This document shows, piece by piece, positions 9,667 to 22,500 of a stretch of DNA of 64,000 nucleotides. A model generated the notes under the pieces. The model had not been told where the DNA came from, searched no databases, and saw nothing but the letters and a program-made list of their open reading frames with translations. Source of the stretch: Sedimentisphaerales bacterium (GTDB lineage: Bacteria; Planctomycetota; Phycisphaerae; Sedimentisphaerales; SM23-30). The stretch spans positions 137,097 to 201,096 of the forward strand of contig CAXXFK010000031.1 of assembly GCA_963663965.2 (NCBI GenBank), read 5' to 3'. Numbering within the stretch: position 1 is the stretch's first letter; every line of letters begins with the position of its first letter. The position numbers and the translations under genes are program-made.

Positions 9667-12600
9667 GTTTAGCGTTGCTCCGCCGTATATTATCCCATTA
9701 TTTCCCTCGATACTGTCATAAGCGGTTGTTCCGCTTTGCTCGTCAAAAGTCCAGCGACCCACGAGCCCCGGATTTGCAGGAACATATTCAGTTAACCATT
9801 GGTTTAACAGTATCTCGAGGTCATTTACATCGACAACTCCATTCTTATTAAAATCACCCGGACCAGGGGTTATAGCTTTTCCTTCAGCGGATACACCGGT
9901 TTCGTTGCCGTATTTATCCCTCATTTTAACTGTATATGTATACTCGTAGCCGGGTTCCAGACCTGTATCATTATAAATTGGATCGGTTTGCCAACCGCTG
10001 CCATTACCGCCGGGATTGCCGCTTGTCTCATCGAAATAGTATTCGATACCTCCGCTTGCATCTGTGCCCATTTCAGCAGCCATTGTGATTTCTGTTCCAC
10101 CAAGTGCATGCGGACCAGAGGCCCATTCAGCGGGATCGGGTGTCGGCGGCTGATTGTCACCTAAATTGAATCTATCGGAAATAGTTATATCCTTTATTCT
10201 TCCATCAAAATAATACTTGTTGCTTCCCGTGTCCATTGCAAATCCGATTCTGTAATTCTTGCCTGCTACATCATTTTGTGTTGCTGTATAGGTCCTCGAA
10301 GCCTTCAAAACATCGTCAACATAAAGCTCGGCAAAGCTACCGTTAAAACCGACCATGATCTTTTGCCACTGCCCTAAAGTTATATAAATACCCGTTCTCC
10401 AGAAGCCGATATTTTCAAGCCTGACTAGAATCTCTCCGTTATCAAGACCAAAGCCGGTTCCTTCGAAACTGCCGTCTCTTTCATCAGTACAATCGAGAAT
10501 TCCTTCGTAGTAGCCTACATCATCCGAAGTATCAGGATAAATCGAGGCCTCAAGGACACGCTCGATCCCGTTATGAACACCAGATTGAGCCTCTGTAGTT
10601 AAACCGTCAAAATCCTGAGAGGAATTATAGTAAAATACACCAATGGTATCTCCGCACCTGCGTATTTCATTGGCGATTTCATCTGCAGTTAATGCCACGT
10701 TATAAAAACGTACATCTTCGATGTCACCAGTGAACAGGTTGCCGCCCCAGTCTCTACCGACATAGAAGGCTTCCGGCTGGGTATAGTTGTTCGAACCGAG
10801 GACATCATCGGGAACCAGTGTTATTGCGGATGAATCTTCGGGTGTACCGCCATTTATATAAAGTGCTCCCTGGCTGCCGTCAAGTGTTATTGTAATATGC
10901 GTCCAAGAGCCTGTCGGGATTATCGATGATGATATAAGTGGCTGGTTGTTGAACTGTCGGTAATTGTAAATCTTGCATAACCTGAGGCGTCAAGGGCAAT
11001 TTGGAGATATTTAGAAGCAGAGCTTCCCATAAACAGGACCGGAACATTGGTATTATTAGCAGGTTTTACCCAAAGGCCGAAAGTGCCATCGGTTAAGTCG
11101 CAAAGGCTGCGATCCAAAACCATATAATCATCGATTCCGTCAATCCTTAAAACCTTGCTGTTCATATCAAGGTCGGTGACACGCTGCGGACCGCCTCTTA
11201 ATAGAGCGTGCTGAGCACCGAATTCGTCCCAGCAGACCTGGCCTTCAGATTCCTCAATTCTGTAGGATGCAATGAGCCCGCGGGTTTTTTTCTTCGTAAC
11301 AACATAGAAATCCATGTACCATCCACCCCACGGAATATGGCTGAAATGAACGCCGTCCAATACAGATTCTGCAGAAGAATAATCGTAACCGAGAATGGCT
11401 GTTCCTGAAACAGTGGTATCCCTGGGCAGACAAACACCACGTGCAATACCGTTGTCCTTGACATTCGTCGAGCCGTACGTATGGGAGTAATCTTCAACAA
11501 GACCATTTCCTTCAATAATGCAATTATCCTGCAGAATTGCCCGGTCGCGGACTTTGGCGTTATTTCGGACAATTGCATTATTTCTCACAGCAGCATAACC
11601 TGAAACAACAGCATTATCCCTGACAGTTGCATTTTCCATAACAACCGCATAATCTTCGATTCGTGCATAGTTATAAACCTTGGCGGTTCCGAGTACCATG
11701 GCGTTGGGCCCCACGTATGCAGTGCTGTTGACGGTAGCTGTATTATCGACCCATCCGCCGCCGTTGGAATGTGTATGCCCGGCCCCCTTAGACCAGCCCA
11801 ACTGCCTTTTTGCTGGCGTTGCTCCGACGATTCTGACTTCGTAGGCATAGTGCAGCCTGTCATAATGCTTGTCTGGTGGAAATCTGTTATCGGGATATTC
11901 GAGATTGAGTGACGTATCGCTTGGTGTCGCCACAACAACAATAAAAACCTTTGTCTCGCCGGGATTAAGGAGCATAGAATGAGTTCCAGGCTCCCACAGG
12001 TCGCTGAAACGCACGCTGCCGCCGGTATCCACAGCAGCAAGTGACCATCGCCAGCCCTCGGTGCCACCCAGTAAATCAAAACCCTGCAGCTCAACCGTAA
12101 CATTCGTATCGGTCGGCTCAAGCTCATGATACATATAACCAAATTTTTCAGGCGCTCTTTCGAATGGTACTCTCCACCAACCAGGCCTGTCCTGGGTGGG
12201 GATTAAAAGAGAGCCTGTAACATAATCATGCCAAGCTTTATCATTGGCGGTTGACCACAGTTGATTCTTGAATTTATCGCCGTCAGCAAAATCGAGGAAA
12301 GGCCAGTGACGCAAGCCAAAAGCCACAACATTCTCCACCTCATAATCTTCAGGCAAGAAACCTTTTAGCTTGTCATAGACCGTTTGGTTGCTTATTCCAT
12401 CAAACCACAATTGTGCTACAACGTTATAGTTAAGCCCGATATCGTCGGCATAATCCTGCAAGGCCTGGTGAATCCTGAAATCCCGATAAATCAGACGGCC
12501 GTGGTCCTGACGCAAATTTGACATCTCATAAATCTGGAGATCAAGCTGACACTGCTGATTGCTTGGAAACCGCTCGGCATAATGCATCTGCCAGGCTTGA

Positions 12601-13637
12601 CGAAGGTAGTTGGCGTGTGACTCCCAGTGTCCGCCAGACAAGGAGTTTATCTGATGGCCGTCAAGAACATGACCAAACTCATGAGGAACAGGATTACCCC
12701 AGCCTTCATCCCATAATCCGCCTGCAGGAACGTTGAGCCAGCCAAAGCCGTTTCTGCCGCCCATCCAGAATCCACCGAACCAGGTTGTGTGATTTACCTT
12801 ATACCTATTGCCGTCCCGTCTCCATAAATCCCAGCTTTCAAACGGCTCATTAAAGCCAAGTTTTTTGCAGTAAACCTGGTAAGATTCTTCAATCATCCGC
12901 AGTACCCGTCTGCCCATCACCTGTGGATTAAGAGCGGGATCGATTGTGTAGGATGCCGGAGACCACCAGAATACAGCGTGCTTGGATTCTATATAGTTGC
13001 AGTCAGCAAGTGTTTCACCCTCTGCCAATCCTATATCAGTATTGACCATAAGAATATCGTCCGGCAGGTCACCGATTTCAACATAATCAATGTAAAATGT
13101 CTGCCTGTTGCCTGAATTACCGAGGGGAAATATTTTCATGTCTGTCAGCGAATCCCGCCACCAGACAACCAGTCCCAGATCGAGACGGTATGTATGCCAA
13201 TCACCATCTTTGGGGATATTCGCGTCCGGAATCTGAAATTCTCTGTTTGTGGCAAAACCTCCGTTTACAGTAGTGCCGAAGTATAAAACGATATCATCAT
13301 TAAATGATGCAGGAACCTTTATTCTTATTTGGAGATAATCGAAAAAACCAAAGTCCAGGTCTGGCCCTGCTATACCTGTTTTCTGAATGCTGGAATTGAT
13401 TGCTGCTCCGATGCCTGTAATATAACCGCCCGTTGAGCTTAAGCCTGATATATTGTTTCCTGTCCAGCCATCGAGATTTCCGGGTGTTGCCCATTCACCT
13501 AAGACTTCAGAATTCATTAGTCTGTCCGGCGGGTCAACATTAATTAATATCTCGTTATCAGCTAATAAAAGGCTGTCTATTGCTGCAAAAACAAATAAAA
13601 CACAAATTGCAGATATCAGTTGGCCTGATTTTATCAT
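9667..13637 (-). CDS. Large secreted modular protein: DUF6055-like HExxH metallo-domain, left-handed beta-helix, LamG domains, Fn3-like and dockerin-like modules; frameshift at ~10935; 3' end truncated by IS66
   Basis: Signal peptide; PHEFGHVLD...WESHANY; hexapeptide repeats (ATVNSTAYVGPNAMV...NATVRDNAVVSGYAAVRNNA). The LamG sequence continues in another frame (WTHITITLDG...FTGDIEDVRFYNVALT) into ORF 9655-10698, which has GDFNKNGVVDVNDL. Confidence 0.75.
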
Positions 13638-13654
13638 TCATAATCTCCTGAAAA

Positions 13655-13951
13655 ATATCGCTACCCAGACTTCGTGCGGCAGTTGCATTGTGATCATGAA
13701 ATTGCAGTGCACTGATCAGGCAAACCACGCCTTGGGGAAACTTGCTGTACACCTGAATAATTCCATGATATTCTGTTGGCTGATAATTCTTGTCTGCATA
13801 AACATTTCTGGAGAGCCTTATAATCTTTTTATCCCGGTAGAGCCGATAGAGTATTTTGTGGAGAAATGCCTTGCTTCTCAAAATCTCGAGGTTTTATGAC
13901 GCCTTATCGAGACAGCAGTTTCAGTATTATTTTCTGTCTTTCTGTTGTCAT
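13655..13951 (-). pseudogene. AbiEi-family (type IV toxin-antitoxin) antitoxin relic
   Basis: MTTERQKIILKLLSR*GVIKPRDFEKQGI / LYRLYRDKKIIRLSRNVY...PTEYHGIIQVYSKFPQGVVCLISALQFHD / MQLPHEVWVAI; one internal stop and frameshifts. Confidence 0.7.
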
Positions 13952-14113
13952 ATTACACAATCCATATAGAATACACATAATGATAAGTGTATGCATATTC
14001 TATTGTCATAATATGTCTAAGACAATAAGAAAATCCTATGGTTTTGGCAATTCCAGTCTGGATTTCAATAACTGGAACCAGGATGGGGGAATCGATAATT
14101 TGGGCTGGATAAC

Positions 14114-14141
14114 ACGGGATCCTCACGGGAGTAATACGGGA
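14114..14141 (+). repeat. Three ACGGGA direct repeats at 11-bp spacing (candidate integrase arm-type sites)
   Basis: ACGGGA at 14114, 14125 and 14136, about 130 bp before the tmRNA-like fragment. Confidence 0.5.
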
Positions 14142-14267
14142 GTATTTGGGAGGAAAAACCTGGCAAAATGTGAAAAAACGTGATAAATTATGAGAATATT
14201 TAAATGCCTGCAAAAAAGAGACTTATCTCGTATTTCATTACAATGCAAGGACTTATAAAAAGGCTAT

Positions 14268-14295
14268 GACGGGGGTTCGACTCCCCCCGCCTCCA
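14268..14295 (+). repeat. tmRNA (ssrA)-like 3' end fragment; att site copy 1
   Basis: GACGGGGGTTCGACTCCCCCCGCCTCCA = T-arm plus acceptor 3' strand; no 5' part of the RNA upstream. Confidence 0.75.
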
Positions 14296-14464
14296 GTGCC
14301 ATGAAATGGCGTAAGTGTTTTCGAAATAACATCTTACATCATATCGTCGTGTGCCAGTAATTATTTAGTACACACATTTAGCACACTTAATCTGTCAAAG
14401 GAACAACTCAAATACTCGTTTAAACATAAAAAAACGGGGTTTCTCTGCAATTTAACACGAGTAG

Positions 14465-17400
14465 AAATTCTTTTACCCCCCGCCCGAGTATTTCAGTACC
14501 CAAACTGGACGGGGATCATCTTTATCCACGGCAGCAATAATCATCTCAGAGCCCGGGTTGTCTTTGCCTGTACCTACATCACCCATACCATAACCCCTTT
14601 ATCCCAACACAGAGATGGATTTAAGGTATTCAGGAGTGGGATAGCCCTCAGCATGTACCTTGAGATTGTCATACACCTGCTCGTATGCGTTAACGATTTT
14701 GTCGAGCATGGCGGTTGAGCTTTGGTTCTTCCTCCAGCATCCGGTCGCAACAATCATACCTTCGACATCATATTCATTGGAACAAACCAAAAAGCGTACC
14801 CAAGATTGATCATCATCTGGGTCAGCGCCGAGATCGGAGGTGTTAATGATACGGGGTTTTTGCAGTATTGGTTTATCAGTTGGTATCGGCTCAATGCACC
14901 AGTCAGCACGTTCTTGGAATTCTTTCTGGAAGTCTTTACGCCACTTGGAGATACTTGACCCACCGGGACCATCAACATAATGATTCGTACCGGTTACGCG
15001 CTTGTATTGTCCACCCCAACTTTCCTGTGTAGGATCTTCTGGATCGTTGATGCCGCGATTAGCACTGACAAGGTACATAAACGCCGGTGAATCCCCTTCG
15101 CATACCCCGGTGCATCCCATGCCTTCATGAGGGTAAATATCACAGAGAGAGCCATGATTGTTACGGATGTTTTCATTGACCCATGCAAGGTTCGAAACCG
15201 GGTCACTGCCTCCGAAAAAGCCCTGATAGGTTTTTCTTGATTCGATAATAAACAACTCAGGAAATTCATCCATGAGCCAACTGTGCGTGCAGTCCTGATA
15301 AGCGATCAGGAAGATGCGAAGCTTGCGGAGAAATGACTTGAACTCTTCTTCGCTGCGATCATTTCGAACCCTCCAGATGGCCTGGGAAAGCTCACGCGGT
15401 GTGCCCCAGACCTCCGATCCATAACGGCCGTGGATCCGGTTTATCCGCGGCAGCTATGATTGCATTGGAGGCCTCACTGTCCTTGCCTTCGCCAATAATG
15501 TCAGAAACCGGTTGACTATTGCTCCCCCCATTGAATGCTTAAACCGTGATTATTACCCAGCCCCTCGTAGGTGACCGAACGCAGGTAGTCCGCTGTGGGA
15601 TACTCAGGATCATGGCTCTTTAAGTTCTCATACACCATCTCGTATCGGTCAAGTACGCCCAACATATTTATCTTATGAGCTTCCATGGCGAAGGTGCCTG
15701 CTCCGGCAACCAATCCCTCTACATCAAACTCATTGGCATACAACAGGAAACGAACCATCGACTGCATATCATCAGGATCGCTTTTTTGCGTGTTGGGTAC
15801 ATCGCCACTCTTTACGAACGCCTATTGGAGGGAAATCAGACATCATAATTACACGAAGTTTTCCGGGAGCACTTGATGATCGGTCAGTCGGGGCCGGATC
15901 GAATGGAGCAGTCAAGCGCGATTCAATGAAACTGGATATCTCATCATGAGGGGCCTTCTGGTGGAATCCAAATACACAAACTGCATCCGTTCCCGTATAA
16001 GCCCGCTTATCCTCATCCCTGCCGAAACTGAAGATTACCATATTCAGGCCTTGCCTCCAGCCTTCGTCCCCGGCGCTGTCAGGCCCGACATCCTTTACTC
16101 CGACATAAAAGACCTGGGGATCCTTCGGATCGCTATCTGCCAAATAGAAGAACGGCGAGGGGAACTTGTTTCCAAACTCCGGTTCAAGATATCCCAATCC
16201 GCCAGTTTTTGCACTCCCGGTGATTTCCCGTCCTTAAGGACATAGTAGTCCTTCTCGACTGAGACATCTCTGCTCTCCCCCAATGGGTCCTTCGTAGAGG
16301 AAAGCGTATTTTTTGTTTGCTTTCAGAACCTTTATCGCGGCGTGAGTTGTGAAGAAGTGATATTCCAACTCGTAATCTGAATTGGCGGATCTCATGATTA
16401 AGTGATCCCCTTCAAGCTTGTCGGTGAATGCGATATCATTGCCATTTGCATCCACCCAAAGTGTCTGGGCACCACTACTCCTTTGAGGATGGTCAAAATT
16501 ACCTTCCCCGAAATTCGGCCAACCCCGATACTCGTGTCTTCCACCCGTATTTGGAGATATGTTGAATCCCCTGTCCGCGTCATTTCCAATCCAATCATTT
16601 CCGGCTTGATCGAAAGCACTGCTGAAGCCAGACTTTCCCTGGGTCTCACCGTTTTCGAAGTACCAAGTACCTCCCGCCGCCGCAATTTTCCAACACATGT
16701 TGCCAAAGTGCTCGACCTTTGTCACCACGACTTTATCCGGATAAGGCATATAGGATGTCCCAGCCGCGGGCTCCTTTTCTTCTTTGTCAACCTTAACCGG
16801 ATCTGCCATGCTCTCTGCCACATTTGCAGCCAGTTGCAATTTTTGGCCGGACTGTGAAGCGATCTCATCGGCCTTAAGAGCACCATTTCCGTCTTTAGAG
16901 CTGCCAAAAATCTGCAAGGCGCGAATCTCACCGCGAAACTGACGATCCATGCCGTAGGCCTTCATGGTTTCGTTAAAGTTGCCAACCACAAGAGGTCCAA
17001 CATCACTATCAACCGGACCAGGATTATAAGATGTTTTTTGGTCCAGACTGACAGTGGATTGCCCGGGTGTGTCAGAGGGTGTGCTGAAATACCAGCTCAT
17101 ATTGTCGCTGGACGCTGTTGAATCATAGCTTACAGCAAAGAATGTCCATTTGCCAACCTGCAGCTTGCCGGCGGAACTGTCATTTTGAATCTGATCCGGC
17201 CATTCGTTAACAGACAAACGCATACGGCCATCGTTATGATGAACGAGGTCGATGCCGGATCGATTTTCCTTGAGGCAAAACAGGATTCGATTGCCGCCGT
17301 GGCCGATTTGGAGGCTATCGGGCTTCACCCATCCCATAATGGTAAAGGAACGCAGAACTTTCAAGCTTTCCATTGCATCTTCACCAACTTTAATCCACCC

Positions 17401-19353
17401 CCATGGGGCTCCATCGATAAGTTGAAATGAACCATCGCCGGCACGTTTTGCTGTACCTACGAACTTTACTGAAGGTGTATCTTTATCGTCAGCTATACCT
17501 ACATGTACAATAGGCTTAGCACTCACCTTGCTGTCTGTTTTCTTTAACTTGGCCCATGCCTTAGCTATATTTTCTGCAAACTGTTCTGCGTCACCGTCGA
17601 ACTGAATTACTGAAAGCCCTTTACCATCCCAGCTGCCCATAGTGGCTGGATCGTATCCGGAGATATAGTAGCCGGCTCCTTCGTAGTAGGTCACTGCTGG
17701 ATGGTCAGCCCAGGCTTTCTTTTGGCCTTTCTGTTCAATGAACATTGCTTTACCCTGCGTCAGGTTATGGGCTTCCATGGCTTTCAGCGTGGAATCTTCA
17801 TCAGTCCACTCCGTCCAGTTCACCACCAGATCCTCAGTTATGTGCGACTGCAACCAATAGGTATGGTCGGTCATTTTAGCATCAGGATATTGCGTCGAAA
17901 TGTATTCATACAGCCATTGCCTGAAAGATAGATTCGTACTGATCGTATCATTGCCCGTTGGTTTAAAGATTATCCTGCGGTAATCGCTAAGGTTATGCGT
18001 ACCATCATCAATAACCTCGCATATCAACATGAAAGCTCTTCCCACCGGAATCGGACGGGATATCTATCATGGCAACACTTGAGCTGCTGTTTGAGATATT
18101 GACATCATCAGTATATGTACCCGCTTCGGATAATACCCACCACTTGAAGGTCAGCTTGTCGTCATCCGGATCAAATGTATCAGATGCGTCGAGTGTGATA
18201 GTCGAACCCTCCTGAGGCCTTTTCGTAATTATAGCAATACCGTCGTCACCATCAATGACAATGACCGGATTCCGGTTACCTGCACCGTCTTTTGCCCAGT
18301 CCATTCGGGCTGCAAAGTTGTTAAATGTTGCCTGGTAAAAATATTGTTGATATTTTGAGGAAATGTTTCTTGCATTGCCGCTGTGGTTTTGATACGCATT
18401 GGTTGCGTTGTCCTTGCATTGACCAAATTCAAAATAACCGCCCCAGCCGACTTGATTTGGGATCTGCGGATCATTCAGTCCAGTAGGCATGAGATGAAGA
18501 AACGCGGGAGTATCACCTTCAACTCCATACTTATATTTCGGATACCTGTTGCCCAAATTGCCATGGCCCTGGATATGGTTTGATATTCATCCCATCTGCT
18601 TCTGCCGGTGCCATTCTGATAGCCCCACGCGGATTCATCCCAAATGAAAAACAGGTCCTTCTCAAACTCTTTGCGCATCCATTGGTGAGAACTTTCCGGC
18701 CAATTGATTACATTACCCGATTTTTGGGCTCCATCCTGATCCGTGATTGTATAGACGCGAATCTTGCTTAGAAAAGCTTTCAATTGTTCGGGGGTTCGCT
18801 CTTGCTGTACCTGCCAGCATGCCTGGGCAAGCGTGTTTCCTCCACCCCATACCGTTACCCAAATGGGACGATCATCTTCTTCATCAGCCAGTTCAATAAT
18901 TCTTTTGCTTCCATCGGAATTGTTATTTTCGCCGATATACTGCTGTCCCCTGTTTTTACTGCCTAACAGGATACGCTCTCTTAAATAATCCGGGCTCGGC
19001 CAGTATCCGATTTCCTGAGGCTCGGCATCGTGCAGATGTCCCTGCTGGTTGGAGCGTTTCATTAAGTTGGGTAAATCTTTTTCGTATAAATCAATCGTTT
19101 CCCGGATCAGATTCAGACCGGTATCTCCAGCATTGGCCCATACGCTCCAACCGGTTGAATGGATCAGAGCTTCTATTTCATACAAGTCGGCATGGACAAG
19201 AAGCCGAATCATGGATTCCATGTCGTCAGGTTCAACATTGTCGGGCGAGATATCTGTCAGCACAACAAGACGCGGTTTAAGCGGAGCTGCAATGGATGAA
19301 GCAGTTATCCCCAGGGAAAGCAGCATAAGCATCATTATTAAGTTGTTCTTCAA
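14465..19353 (-). CDS. Giant secreted multidomain protein (~1600 aa when joined): DUF1593 - Sde182-type C-terminal domain - unknown - LamG - unknown - DUF1593 - truncated DUF1593; several frameshifts
   Basis: Abutting ORFs 18475-19353, 18008-18556, 16234-18045, 15772-16197, 15516-15767 and 14599-15273 read continuously across frame changes. DUF1593 starts: [84 protein letters not shown] start with CGGAGA RBS. Confidence 0.75.
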
Positions 19354-19445
19354 TGTAATTTCTCCGTTAACAGTAGTTCAGTATTCACAGTTACTTTTGT
19401 GTTTCATCAACTGTATCGAGCATCTAACCATTAACTAGAGTTTAA

Positions 19446-19500
19446 TTAAGAATCCAGCAATTTCTTCCTTTATTTAAGAAACAATCTGTTGTATTCATAG
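19446..19500 (-). promoter_or_regulatory. Conserved 55-bp upstream element, copy 1
   Basis: + strand TTAAGAATCCAGCAAT-N24-CTGTTGTATTCATAG, 93 bp upstream of the DUF1593 polyprotein; near-identical copy at 24169. Confidence 0.65.
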
Positions 19501-19564
19501 GTCTAAACATAAAATGCATATCCCCGGCGGTTCAATTCTTTCAGGGCAAATGTACTCGGGAATT

Positions 19565-22500
19565 AGTTTACATTAATAACCACGCGACGATAGGCGTAAA
19601 GATTGGGAGAGCCATTGTCTCGCAGCGTTAAGATATATATAGATCGTCTTGCCCCCCGCATCAGACGGAACTGATACTGTTGCAGATGACGAAGTACTGC
19701 CCGAAATCGACACAGGGCTTTTATAGGAACTGGGTTCAGCGTAAACTGCCCATGAATAAACCAGTGAATTGCCGTCCGGGTCGCTGGAACCGGCTGCGCT
19801 GAGAGCAACGCTGGAACCGGCGGAGGCCGAGACGGTCAGCACTTGCCTTGTGCTGTCATCATTGACAACCGCAACAGGATGATGGTTGCAACTGGAGTAG
19901 TTGCTGGTTAAAGTCCAGTCCATGCGGGCGGCAAAATCATTCTCAATGGCGGTTTTCCAGCGACTTATCGAACTGCCGCCTTCCGAAGCATCGCCGTACA
20001 TATAGTATGGATCGTATGCCGATTCACCAGTGACCGCCGACATTCCTCGGCTGTTAGCCACTTTGGTCAGAATCATACGTCCGCCCCAACCGCCCCAATT
20101 AACATGCTCAGGATCGTTGAGGCCATTGAGCAACTGGTAGAAAAACGCAGGGGTGTCACCTTCGTAGGTCCACTCTTTTTCCGGGTATTGAGCCCCCAGC
20201 ACGCCGTGATTTTGGATGTTATTGTCATAATAACTATCGCTGGATTGCCAATTATAGACCCCCTTGAAGCGGATATAGAAAAGACTCGGAAAGGTTTTGG
20301 TCATCCAGGCCCCGGTTTCATCCTGTCCCAGGATGTCATACACCCGCAGTTTGCTCACAAATTGATCAACCTGGGCCGGGGTCCGCGTGTTCTTAACTTT
20401 CCACAGCGCCTGCGCCAGGGTGTTTCCACCGCCCCAGAAGTTAACCCAAACAGGGCGGGGGTCGTCTTTATCCACCGCGGCAATGATCAGTTCCGAACCG
20501 TCGCTGTCTTTACCTTCGCCAATCCCAGCCATACCATAACCGGTTTGACCCAGCTTGGAGATGGACTGCAAATATGCAAGGGTGGGATACCCCTCAGCAT
20601 GTACTATGAGTTTGTCATAAACCTGCCCATAAGCGTTCAGTCTGGGATTAAGCAGGTTGTTCATATTGGTTAAGGTCTGAGACTTTTTCCAGCAACTGGT
20701 CCCGACAATAATGCCTTCAATATCACACTCATTGGCCGTCACCAGCATGCGAACCAACGATTGCAGGTCATCGTTGTCGGCGCCAAGGTCGGTGGTGTTG
20801 ATCACCCGATGCTTCTGAAAAACGGGTCTTTCCCATAGCCAGTTTTGGCTGAGCACACTAAAATCTCTCATATTTACACAGCCGTCACCAGTAACATCGG
20901 TTATGGGGTCGCTGCATGACAGCCAATCGGCAGCCAGTTCAGTCAAATCATCGATATTAATTCTGTTATCGTCAGTAAACTCCGGGAAATCTGCTGATAT
21001 TGTCGTAAAACTTCGTGTCCCCGAAGCATAGGGAGTCGTCCCGTCATAGGCAATCACAGCCCAGTAATAGGTCGTGTCATTGTCCAATGCTTCTGCCGGA
21101 TCAAATGCTTCGGTCCCAACACTATAGCTGGGATTTTCGCTAACGACTGAATTGGTGCCAAGGAAAACCTCGTACGATGTGGGCGTATATGCCATTGGCG
21201 CCGTCCATTGTAAAGCGGTCACAACTGACACATCCTCCTGAACACTGGAAGGATAGATTAAAACAGGCAGATTCGGGTCCGGTTCTTGATTAAATTCAAT
21301 TTTAAAACCATTCATCACAAACCACGCCTCATTATAGGCCGTCGAATACGGCTGACAATCAAAGACAAGGGAAACATCCGAACCGTCAGAAACAAGCGTC
21401 GTTTCGAACTTCGCTACGCTGTCAAATGTCGTGGCGCTGCTGTTGGTACACTGAATATCTGTCGTCGTCACTGAACCGGTCGCATCATTGACCGTGACAT
21501 CGAATGTGCCAATATTTGCAGTCGGTTCTGTATCCGTATGGTATGACACCCAGGTATATTCGCCCGCCGGCAGGCCGCTGATCGTCAGCGTCAGAGGATC
21601 GCCGGCCGAACGGGTATCCGAGCCGATCCAGTCCTGCATCAGCGCTTCGGTCGCATCCTCATAGGCCTCCGGGCCCCGGTCGAGCATCTGCATCACCGCA
21701 TCCACCGCACCGGACGCCCAACTGGGAGTCACGCTGACGGTTGTTTCAAACACAGAATAGCTCTGCGTGGTAAAACTGCCTGAACTTTCATGACTGGCCG
21801 TATATGCCGCATAGTCACTCTGCACTGGGGAACCGGATGTGCCAAAATCAATCCGCAGGGTTTCACCCCCGACGGGAGTGTCGTTAATCGTGGTAAAACT
21901 CCAGGTCTCCTCGGACATATATCCAGTCGTACTGTCATAGGCAACGACGGCCCAATAATAAGTCGTTCCCAAGGCCAGCGGTGTCCCCGGTGTGTACTCT
22001 TCGGTGGATGCAAAATAAACCGGATTATTGGTGACTGTTGAGTCGGTTCCCAGATAGACATCATACCCAGTGGGAGTATAGGCCGTGGGTGATTCCCACT
22101 GCAACATGGGCAGGATTGATATATTGCCTTGGCCGTCCGACGGTGCTGCCAACACCGGAAGGTTCGGATTCGGAGGAGACACTTCCGGACCATAGACAAC
22201 AAGATCGTCAATGTAGATATCGACACCTGAGGCCGGTCCTTCAATGTAAACATAAAGCTCTTCATCAGTGATCTCTGCGGGAACAGTATAAGTTCCTGAA
22301 ATGTATGTCCAGCCGCTACTGTTAGCGGTACCCCCAATATGACCTGTCCAATTCCCATTGACTCTCCATGTGATAGAAATCGTCGAATCACCCGCGGTAC
22401 TGGTTCTAAAGTAACCTGACACATTATAGGTTGCCCCGGGCACTACTTTGTCATACAAATCCTGCTGCATGCCCTGGTAGGTTCCGGTTCTGCCGGTCGA

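Noticed and set aside
14200..14300. Complete tRNA or tmRNA gene
   Set aside because: Only the T-arm and acceptor 3' strand are present. The upstream sequence is AT-rich with no matching 5' acceptor strand. The same holds at 37491-37512.
14390..14460. Possible integrase N-terminal stub (LKYSFKHKKTG)
   Set aside because: The position fits, but it is too short and lacks a clear start to support a call.
20840..20990. Cellulosome inferred from dockerin-like motifs (also ~9790-9860)
   Set aside because: No cohesin or scaffoldin in the window. Such EF-hand/dockerin-like tags are common on secreted proteins without cellulosomes.
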